DNA of 64,000 nucleotides, from assembly GCF_009914755.1 (NCBI RefSeq), contig NC_060947.1; one strand, 5' to 3'. Shown here piece after piece: positions 40,008 to 50,307 of the stretch (its first letter is position 1; each line of letters starts with the position of its first letter). Both the position numbers and the translations under genes were made by a program. The notes beneath the pieces were generated by a model. It was not told the DNA's origin. It was given only the letters and a program-made list of their open reading frames with translations, and did not search any database. Source of the stretch: the human T2T-CHM13v2.0 reference genome, Homo sapiens.

Positions 40008-41489
40008 GAAGGGATGTCGAATTTCTTCAAATGCTTTTTCAGCATCAGTTGAAATTATAATATGGTTTTGCCCTTCATTCTGTGGATATGATGTATCATA
40101 TCAATTGCTTTGCATATGCTGAGCCATCCTTGCATTTCTGGGATAAATCTCACTTGGCCATGATGAATAATTTTTTTTAAACGTTTTGTGAAATTTAGTT
40201 TGCTTGTATTTGTTGAGGATTTTTGTATCAATGTTCATCAGGGATATTGGTCTGCATTTTTTTGATGTGTATTTGTCTGGTTTTGGTATCAGGGTAAGAC
40301 CGGCCTTGTAGAATCAGTTTGGAAGTATTTTCTACTATTCCATTTTTCAGAAGACTTTGAGTAGGATTGGTATTAGTTTTTCTTCAAATGTTTGGTAGAA
40401 TTCAGCAGTGAGGCCATTGGATCCTGGGTTTTTCTTTACTGTGAGACTTTGTATTATTATGGCTTTGATCTCATTACTTGTTATTGGTCTGTTCAAGTTT
40501 TGGATTTCTTCATGTTTAAATCCTGGAGCTGCTAGCTATGTTGCCTGGGGTTGGGGGAGGAATGGTGCAAGCACTCCCTTGGTTGCCCCAGCTGGTGTCT
40601 CACTGGGCTGTGTGCACCACAAGTCCACTGGCTCTGAGCCCAGCACAGCATCAGAACTTTCCCAGGAATTGCAGTCCGTGTGGCCTACATGGCCTTTGAA
40701 GTTTATTTAGGACCACAGAGCGCTTTAGTCCATAGTAGTGGGGCTAGCCAGAACTCGGTTTTGACAGCTAGGATGGACAAATCCCCTCTAGCATGGGCTG
40801 GTCTAAATGCCCCCTCTGTGGAAGCCTGCTGAATTCTGCCATGTGTTGCTTTCCACTGTGTCAGGAAAGCACTGAGTTCCAATGCAAACTCCCACAATTG
40901 CTGTGCTGTCCCTCCCCCAAGCAGACAGATTCTCTCTCTGCACCTTGTGGCCAGTTCTGTCGGGGGTAAGGGAGTAGTGATGTAGACAATTCAAGACTGT
41001 CTCTCCTACCCTCTTCAGGGCCTCTTTCCTTAATATGATGTTCAAACCAGGTATTATAATTGCTCACCGGATTTTTGGTTCTTATGAAGGTGCTTTCTTG
41101 TGTGGATAGTTGTTCAATTTGGTGTTCCTGTGGGGGTGTGGTGATCTCTGGAGGGTTCTATTTGGCCATCTCACTCTGCCTCCTCTCTCCTGTTTTATTT
41201 ATTTGCTTTAGGAGACCCAAAGTGACTTCTTTTGCATTGGAAAAGATTGCACATGTGCATGTGGCTGGTTTGATGACTTGCTGGGGATAAGGTTGGGAAC
41301 TGTGCTTCTGGTGTCATGCTTGAGCCTCCACAGTCCTCAGGTGTTCTTTTTGAAGGAAGAGATCTGGCAGTCACCCAGAGACCGGGCCCTGAATCCCTGC
41401 TGGCCTCTGCTCGAAGCCGTGCTGTCCTCCATCAATGTGTTGTCCTGTAGAACATACTGAATGCTGGCATGGATGTAAGGTGGCAGGAA

Positions 41490-42090
41490 GGCTCATATGT
41501 TGCTGATGGCAGGGTCAAATGGCACCACCACTTTGGAAATCAGTTTGGCAGTATCCGTGGAAGCTGAGCATATGCCTACTGGATGACCCAGCCGTCCTGC
41601 CCCTGGTATGTTCCTAACATAAATATGTCCACACATTCACCAAAAGTCATGAACACTACTCATCATATGTAGATGTCCCCAAATCCTGAAATGGATAGAC
41701 GCATTTTGTAATATTTATGAAATGGAATACTACACAGCAATGAGACTGAACTACAACTCTGAATGATGATATGGATGAATCTCTTAAACATAATGTTGAG
41801 CCAAAAAAGCCAGACACAGAAAGAATACATACTGCATGATTCCCCTTATATAAAGTACAAAAACAGGCAAAACAGAATCTCTGAGACAAGTTAGGACAAG
41901 GGTCACTCTCAGAGGAGACTAGTGACTGGAAAGGGGCAAAAGGGGAGGCTTTTGGGATGCTGGTGATGTTCTTTTACTTAATCTGAGTGTTGGTTACCTG
42001 GGCGTGTTCAGTTTCTGAAAATTCACTGAGCTGTAAAGTTATGATGTGTGCACTTTTCTGTATGCGTATCAGACTTCAAAAAGGTTTTGA
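41490..42090 (+). mobile_element. Old L1 (L1MD/ME) 3'UTR
   Basis: ccactttggaaatcagtttggcagtat; atggatgaatctc...cataatgttgag...aaagaatacatactgcatgattcc. Confidence 0.8.
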
Positions 42091-42684
42091 AAAGAGAACG
42101 CAGGTAACTTTTTCACATTCTGCAAACTGGGCATTGAACATACGGAGTTATTAATCCAGACTTTGTATTCTAATTTTGTAAGTGGTTGTTTTTATATGTT
42201 TATGTCTTGTTTCTCTGATTAAATTTTAAGCTCTTTGACGGGGATGACTGTGTCTTATTTTTCTTTGTATTCCCACAGTAGAGGAACAGTGTGCGTGCCC
42301 CTTAAATATTTGTTCATTTATCAGGAGGAAAAGTAGTCTTGCCTAGTTACTTCATGGAAGGGTATGGTTTTCATGCCCAATTGTAGCAGAATCTTTTAAT
42401 AATTATGTTCCTTAATTTAAGACAGTCTTGGAATAGGCTGGCTATTTTGAGCTCTTAACCTTGTGTTTTAGACAATCTGATATGCCAAATGCTTTGACTA
42501 AATTCTCCTGAGGTAAAGTGCCAGCTTTGGAATATATTTTCTGAGAAGCCAACTTTGAGTGCTGGCAGAATGGAGTGGCTGACTGCCAGCCGGGGGCGGG
42601 AAAACTTGCTCTGAACTTTGGTTGACTACCTCATTAACTTTACTATGCCATGGATGAACTCTCTCCGGCTCTCCAGGGCCTGGG

Positions 42685-42780
42685 GAGAGAGAGGGAGTGA
42701 GGGAGTGAGGGAGTTAGGAGTGAGGGAGTGAGGGAGTTAGGAGGGAGGGAGGGAGGGAGGGAGAGAGAAAGAGAGGGAGA
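42685..42780. repeat. Purine-rich tandem repeat (gggagtga)n / (ggga)n
   Basis: Read directly. Confidence 0.85.
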
Positions 42781-43460
42781 AGCTTATTTGAGGAGCAACT
42801 CCAGGGCTTAAGCCACAGTGGAAAATGGTGCTGGCTTAAGACACTGTTGGTGAAATGAGTCAGCATGTCAGCTTAGCCATAGGACAAAGTCTCCACAAGT
42901 GAGCTATAATTGGAGAGAAAATTTACATGAAACTGAAAGTAAGCACTCATCCTCCCCCTTAAAGTAAAAACAGGCCTCAGTGGAAAAATTTTATACCATA
43001 AATAATGCACATGGAGTTATACTTGTAAAACCATGGGACCTATAGGTAGGAATTTTTAAAAATCTAGTTTTCTCCTTTTCTTTTTCTTTTGAGACTTTGC
43101 TCTGAAAATAAAAATGGTTGATTGTTTTTAAAGTGACATGTGAAAGAACTTTTTAGACCCTAGGTTACTAAATGTTTGTGCTGAAGAAAAATGTAAACAA
43201 ATACATATTTTTCTGCAACCTGTAATTCTTTTAACTGATTTCAATTTGAGATGCTATTGAAAGTCTAGTATTATACTTTTCCACTTGGAAACTCAGAGCT
43301 AACTCTGTCTGCTTTTGTAATCAGCTTGTAGGAGCAGCAGAAAAAACAGAAGAATGTTGTTTAAAGTGATTCTGCAGAATGCTGCACTGATTTCTTAGTT
43401 TTATGGACATCACTTTTGGTGCACGCTTACCTCACAATTTAGTATTTCTTTTTCTTGAAA

Positions 43461-43500
43461 ACACACAGACACACAGACACACAGACACACAGACACACAG

Positions 43501-43534
<34 letters not shown>

Positions 43535-43536
43535 AC
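43461..43536. repeat. (ACACAG)n grading into (CA)n
   Basis: Read directly. Confidence 0.95.
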
Positions 43537-44699
43537 CCCTTCAAGGCAGAATCAGTGTCAGCAAAAATTCAGTTGAAATTGAACTTCTATTTTCTGGGAT
43601 CTAGGGAAATTCGTAGAGTGCCCCAATCTTGAACAAACTTCTAGGAGTCCAGAATATTCTAGAAGGCATTACAGAAGGCAGAAGTGACCTGCAAGTGTAG
43701 CAAGAGTTAACCTGCAAGTGTGTGCGCTAATTGACACTGCCTTCCTAGTCTTCCACACCCAGAAAGTGCTTGACAGTTACTAGGCCAAGGCCTCACTACT
43801 AACTGAAGGTAACTGCTCCTGCATTTAAGAAAAGGGGAACATCAGCTAATTTGGAAACACTTATGAACTCACACTGACTTATTCTTTTTAGGTATAGGAG
43901 AGATTTTAATTGATTCTTGAACATCTCTTTCCTGAAACTTTCAAAGCTTACCAGACTTGTGCCCTGATGTGTAGTTTTGGGTCCTATTATTATTCAGAGC
44001 CATATATATAAGGAGCTGTAATTTTGAAAACCATCTTTCAAGAGAGCCTACTGTCACCTCTATAGTCTCAAATGCTAATGAATGGGGCAGTTGCGTGTGC
44101 TGAGGAATAGTTATTTACAAAGCTTCATACAAATAAAGCTAAGATGTGACAAAGTCATCAATTTAAACAGCTTAGGATTCCGAATGTTCAACAATTACTA
44201 ATGAACTTCTGGGATTGTGGATTTCATAGCAGGTGAAAAACTGAGATGAAAGACTAAATTTCAGTGTGAGAGTAGTGGCAGGTTTTCCTTTATCTTTAGG
44301 AACTTTTGAGATAGGGTGTAGGGACAGAGCATTTCTGTACTTATCAGCGTAAAGAACTTGAAGGAACAAGATGCCTGGTGCACCTGGCACAGAGGCCTGT
44401 ATGGAACAATGGAGAGTCTTTACTGGTGTCATGCCTGTCTTCAACTCCCTACCTCACACCTTCAGAAGGAAGGTACTGATCCTGGGTTCCTTTGTGCTTT
44501 CTCTCTGTTTTGGTTTCCTACCATCCCTCCCTTCTAAACCTCCACTCTTCTTGCTCCTCAGTCCTTACCTGTTTTCAAACTTACCTACTTCTCCTGCATT
44601 ATTCCAACAGAGTATTCAAGCATGCAGCAGCTTCAGAGTTATTTAGAGAGCTTTGCCATCTAGTTTCCTTGATTATGCAATCTGAAGTCACAGAAATGT

Positions 44700-44930
44700 C
44701 TCCAAAAATAACTATCTTCAAAGCTGGATGGGTTTCCCATGCTACTTTTAAGATTTAGATGAGATTGACACCCATTCCATGCCATAAGGATACCCAGAGT
44801 AAGTAATCTTCAAGATCCTAGGGGCTTCAGGATTGCTATGAACCAGTGAATGCTATGTATTTTTTAGTCTTCCTTTTCCTGAATGGGAATGTCTATTATG
44901 GTCATCCTGTCTCATTTCACCCATGTATGG
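44700..44930 (+). mobile_element. MaLR internal-region fragment (MLT1-int-like)
   Basis: ttcaggattgctatgaaccagt...ttcctgaatgggaatgtctattatgg...cctgtctcatttcacccatgtat resembles THE1-int at 37810-37915. Confidence 0.5.
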
Positions 44931-44958
44931 CATTAATTCTGAGGTATGCTAATTAGGG

Positions 44959-45180
44959 CAGGGATCAACACATTTTTTTTTTTCTGTAAAGGGCCACATA
45001 GTAAGTATTTTAGGCTTTGTGGCCCAAATGGTCTCTGTCATAACCACTCAATCTGCCATTGTAGAATGAAAGCAATCATAGGCAACAAATAATGGGTAAT
45101 GCCGTGTTTCAATAAAACTCTCTTTACAAAACTAGGTGAGATGCTGGATTTGTCCTGCAGGCTGTAGTTTGCTGACACCC
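44959..45180. mobile_element. MER58A
   Basis: ttttctgtaaagggccacatagtaagtattttaggctttg...caataaaact...gtagtttgctgac. Confidence 0.85.
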
Positions 45181-47272
45181 ACACATTATTTTTTCTTTCT
45201 GACACTGCTATTTTCAGGATTTCGTCACTTTAATCCTCCATATTACTTAGTTTTTATTTTATATATTTTTTCTTATCTTTTCCTGTTGTCTTATGGAAAC
45301 ATACTTCAATCTGATCTCTAGCTTGGTAATTTGGTCATTAGCTATGTCCATCCTGCTATATATCCTAGCTGTTAAGACTTTTATTGCTATGATTTTTTTT
45401 ATAATTAACATTTTCACTTGGCTCTTTTTAAAGTCTTTTTACTGCTTCATCATTCAAATAACTTTCCTTATCTATTTGAGGATATTTAATATGCCATCTA
45501 TTCCAGTGACTGCTCCATGTGGTATACATTGTTTAATTTGCTGTTTTTCTTTTGTAGCTGTTGTATGAATCAGGGATAAAATTATTTTGTCCAGCATGGC
45601 CATATTCCTTGGGTACCAGCTACTCTCTCTAGTGATGGATATTAGGAGTGGATGAAACCTAGACTCTAGTTGTTTATAGCCCTCATGATAATTTTAAGGA
45701 GAGAAGAGTGGATGAACTCAAGTATGGAATGGCTCAGAAACCACAGAACCATTTGTTACCACTCCACAAGGCAATACTTCTAATCCTTCTAAATCCTTTC
45801 TTTAAATATTTAAAGAAGGACACATTAGGAGGTGGTACTCTCCTTAAACTGCAGTCTACCAGCTCTGGGAACTTAAAGAGGAAGAAAGGAGGAGTGATTA
45901 TCTGGGTAGCTCTCACCAATCCATACCTGTGTTGTTGTTGTTTTTTAAATCAAATTCTTACTGCAAGGATACTTTTGTGCTACTTTAAGAGAGGCCCATT
46001 GATATTGGCATTCTAGGCTGTTGTCACCTTTTCTGTGTGTGGGAGCTGATTATATTGGGAGAATGTGGAGAAAGGGTAAGAGGAGAACCTCAAGGGTCTC
46101 CCCCAGCATATCGAATCCCTACTGTTTGCCTGCCTGCTACGCCACACTTCCGCCCTTTCTAGATGTACAAATTCATGACTGCCTATGGCCTCCCAAGGCA
46201 GTCTGTGGAAATTTTTGTTAGTTCCTTGGTTCTATCCTTTCTTCTCACTTGTTAAATTCCTCCCTGGTTGACTTTGGTAGAGGGGAGCTGGCAGCTTGTG
46301 TTACTTCTTCACCTTGCCAAGAATGAAAAACTTTCTGAAGCTACGCATAGTTTTATATTCACCTCAAGACCTGTCTTGGCCAACTAATCAATTAAAAAAT
46401 GTGTGACAGCTACAAATAATTAAACAAATAAAACAAATTAAACAAATAAAACATAAGGGTACAGAAAGGTTGAAAATGAAAAAGATGAAAGGATATACCA
46501 AGTAGATATCAACCAACAGAATCTGGGACAGTAGTCTTAATATCTGATAAAATAGAAGGTGTTTGTATACAAACGAAAGTTATAATACACAATCAGAAGG
46601 AAAAAACAATTGTGAATGTGTATGTATCTAACAATATAACCTCAAAATGTATAAAGCAACTACTCACAGTGTCATAGGTAAAAACAAAATTTTCAACAAT
46701 TATTTATTTGGGCATTTAAACAGACTTTTTAAAATTAATAAGTTAAGCAATAAAAAACAAATAGACATGGGAAGTCTGAATATACGAATGAATTATCTTC
46801 AGCCATTAGATATTAACTAAGTTCAACACATCCCTTTTGAACATATTTTCAAAAATTGATGATGTAATAGGCCACAAAGGAACTTTCAATAAATTCCAAA
46901 GTATCAGTATTAAACACCTATGTTCTCCTACTATAATGTAATAAAATTAGAACATAAAATAAAAGAATTGCTAAAAAATCTGGTGAGGCTGGGAACTGAA
47001 TAGTATAATACTAAAAACCGTTTTGGTTAATAAGTAAAGCATTAAAATGAAATTCAAGAAAATTATAATGAAAACACTACTTGTCAAATTTTGTGGGACA
47101 CAGAACAACGTCCTCAATTAGGGAGAAATTTATAGCTATTAATGCATTTATCAAGAAACAAGAAATGTTGAAATGAAATGAACTACACTTTCAAGTCAAG
47201 AAGTTTTAAAACTACAGGTAAAATAGAGACTAAAAATAATAAAATATAAAAATAATAAAAGAGCAAGATGAA

Positions 47273-47849
47273 TGTATTAGTTAGGGTTCTCTAGAAGGAC
47301 AGGACTAATAGGATAGATATATATATATGAAAGGGAATTTATTAAGTAGTATTGACTCACATGATCACAAAATAAAGTCCCACAATAGGCTGTCAGCAAG
47401 CTGAGGAACAAGGAAGCCAGTCTGAATCCCAAAACCTCAAAAGTAGGGAAGCTGACAGTCGCCTTTGGTCTGTGGCCGAAGGCCTGAGAGCCCCTGGCAA
47501 ACCATTGAAAAGTTATTCAGCTTTTGGACTCTTGGTGTAAGTCCAAGAGTCCAAAAGCTGAAGAACTTGGAGTCTGATGTTCGAGGGCAGAAAGCATTCA
47601 GCATGGGAGAAAGATGAAGGCTGGAAGACTCAGTCAGTCTAGTCCTTCCATGTTCCTCTGCCTGCTTTTGTTCTAGCCACGCTAGCACCTGACTAGATGG
47701 TGCCCACCTAGACTGAGGGTGGGTCTGCCTCTCCTAGTCCACTGACTCAAATGTTAATCTCCTTTGGCAACATCCTCACAGACACACCCAAGAACAATAC
47801 TTTCCATCCTTCAATCCAATCAAGTTGACACTCAATATTAACCATCACA
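47273..47849 (-). mobile_element. MLT2A (A2-like) HERV-L solo LTR
   Basis: tgtattagttagggttctctaga...ttcaatccaatcaagttgacactcaatattaaccatcaca; 5-bp TSD atgaa at 47268-47272 / 47850-47854. Confidence 0.93.
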
Positions 47850-47945
47850 ATGAATAACATTAAGCAATTACATTTGAAAATCAGATGAGTATTTTCTGGA
47901 AAAAATATTTTAAATGCTAAAATCCACTTAAGAAGTTGGTGAAAA

Positions 47946-48778
47946 GTTTGTACCCTTTAACCAACATTCTCCCCTTCCCCCACACCCAGCCCCTGGCAAA
48001 CATTGTTCTATTCTCTATTTCTATGAGTTTAACTTTTCCAGATTCCACATATGAGTAAGATTATGCAGTATTTCTCTGTGTATGACTTATTTCACTTAAC
48101 ATAATGTCCTCCAGGTTCATCCATGTTGTCACAAATGGGACAAAGTTTCAGTTGTGCAGGATGAATTAGTTCTGGAGCTCTAATATACAGCACAGTGACA
48201 ATAGTTAATAATGCTGTGTTATATACTTGAAATTTGCTAAGAGAGGAGATCTCAAATGTTCTCACCAAAAATAAAAACAATTCCTATTTTCCCACAAGCT
48301 TGATGTGATCCACCTTTCTAATGCTTGCTAACCTTAGATAGGTGCAAAATGATATGCCTTGCTTTAGTTTGCATTTCTCTAATTACTAATGACTAAGAGT
48401 ACATCCTCATATACTGGATATAGTCTTTTTTTTCCTCTTCTGTGAATTGTTATTTCTTTTCCTTTTGCCTATTTTTCTACTGTAGTAGTTTTTTCTTATT
48501 TATTTGCAGGAGTTTTATTTTCTCCCAGTCTATCAGCTGACTGTTTACTTTGTCCATATTTTCCCCATTGAACAGAAATCCTCAGTTTTTATATAATCAA
48601 ATTCATCTTTTTGTTTTGGAGTTTAATTTAAGATGTCCCATAAATAAGTGGGGTGATGGATAGGTTAATTAACTTGATTGAGGGAATCATTTCACAATGT
48701 AAAGGTCTATCAAATCATCACATTGCACACATGAAATATATACAATGTTTATTTGTCAATCACACCTCAATAAAAACA
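47946..48778 (+). mobile_element. L1MA (8-10-like) 3' end with 5' inversion, split by a templated insertion
   Basis: Antisense piece 47946-48140, sense piece 48141-48278 (caaagtttcagttgtgcaggatgaat), resuming at 48642-48778 (ggtgatggataggttaatt...cctcaataaaa). Confidence 0.8.
48279..48641 (-). repeat. Inverted copy of 50821-51187
   Basis: Manual alignment of the reverse complement gives 9 substitutions and one 4-nt indel over ~363 bp. Confidence 0.95.
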
Positions 48779-49629
48779 GAAGGTGAAAAAGAGCAGGAAG
48801 CATTAAAACAATTTTATACAATTAAAAACTCCCTTATCCTTTCTAGGATCATATGTTTTTATGCATACTTTCTATCAAACTTTAAAGGAATAATTTGTAT
48901 CTTAGATAAATTATACTGAAAGATAGAAAATAGTCCACTTCACATTATGAGGCTAAACTCTGGTTTCCAAAACTGGACATAGACAACTCAGGAAAAGAAA
49001 AATGATTCACAGGCCTATCTCACTTATGAATGTAGATGCCAAAATCCTAAAAGAGGAAAAGAATATATTCTCTCAGTTGATGCAGAAAATGTATTTCATA
49101 ATGCAAAATCTTTTTATGTTGTAAGTCTTCACAAACTAGGAGTAAAAAGGGATTTTCCTTATTGTGGGAAAGGTTATATACCGAATTCTTGCAGCAAACA
49201 TTGCATTTGATTGAGAAACCTTGGAGAAACTTTTAAGATCAGGAATGAGGGAAAGATACCTCCATCACAGCTACTGTTGAATACAGTGCTGGGACTCCAA
49301 GACAAAGTTATGAGAAAGAAAAACAAAATTAGATTATAAAAATTGGAACATTAAGTGATAAAACTATCATTATATGTAGATTGTATAAATATCTACCTAG
49401 AAAAACCAATAGGATCAAGAAATGAGTTTGCCAAACATAAGATCAACTTACAAAATCAATAGTATTAATTTCTCTACACTAGCAACAACTGCCTAAAAAT
49501 AATTTTTGTAAAAGAGATACCAGTTATAATAGTAAAACAAAACCTAAAAATGAAAATTAAAACAACAACAACAACAACAACAACAAGACAGCACAATAAA
49601 CCAACAAACAAACCAAAACCCCTGTAAAG

Positions 49630-49848
49630 CTGGGGTTGATAAACTATGGCCAATCAGCCAAATTCTGCCAACCACTTGTTTTTGTAAGTAAGGTTTTATT
49701 GGAGCCCAGACACACCTGTTACACATTGTCTGTGGCAGCTTTCATGCAACAGTAAGTGAATTGAGTAGTTTTAACAGAAACTGTATGGCCCACAAAGCCT
49801 CAAATATTTGTTATCTGGTCCTTTACAGAAAAAGTGTGCTGATCCTGC
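49630..49848. mobile_element. MER58 (opposite orientation to the copy at 44959)
   Basis: ggggttgataaactatggcc...ggttttattggagc...tatctggtcctttacagaaaaagtgtgctgatcctg. Confidence 0.85.
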
Positions 49849-50083
49849 TCTGAGGTACCTAGGAATCAACATAACCAAAAATATGCAACACCTCCATGAA
49901 AAAATCTTAAAGCTCTATCTCTATTTAAGAAAAGGAAAGAAAATCCAAATAGTTGTGGAGACATTCTTTCCTCTTAGAAAATATTTTATGTGTTTTCTAT
50001 GGCTGTTTTCAGGCAACCATGGAAGAGTTTAGTAGTTTTAACAGAAACTCTATGGTTTCTGTATGATAGAAAATAATTGTTTA

Positions 50084-50307
50084 ATGAGAACACATGGACA
50101 CAGGGAGGGGAACATCACATACCGGGGCCTGTTCAGGGGGTGGGGGGCAAGGGGAGGGAGAGCATTAGGACAAATACCTAATGCATGTGGGGCTTAAAAC
50201 CTAGATGATGGGTTGATAGGTGCAGCGAACCACCATGGCACATGTGTACCTATGTAACAAACCTGCACATTCTGCACATATATCCCGGAACTTAAAGAAA
50301 AAAAAAA
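50084..50307 (+). mobile_element. L1PA8-like 3' end
   Basis: gcattaggacaaatacctaatgcatgtggggcttaaaacctagatga; A-tail; 16-bp TSD agaaaa(t/g)aattgttta at 50068-50083 / 50308-50323. Confidence 0.9.

Larger units (their letters stand above)
34735..41190 (-). mobile_element. L1MA2/3-like element with both ends, a large internal deletion and two nested insertions
   Basis: 3' end tttttgtgggtacatagt...aatcacatcagggtaaatgg; ORF2 at 38489-40520; 5'UTR at ~40525-41190 with start (sense) gagatggccaaatagaaccctcc...caggaacaccaaattgaacaactatccacac. Confidence 0.85.

Noticed and set aside
39520-40122. Longest ORF (200 aa, + strand)
   Set aside because: Antisense frame of L1 ORF2 with a non-ATG start; a common artefact.
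43870-43955. Splice-like signals (actgac...tttttag on +; CTG|GTAAGC on -), and similar at 7440-7520
   Set aside because: No matching partner site or coding frame; such motifs are frequent by chance.
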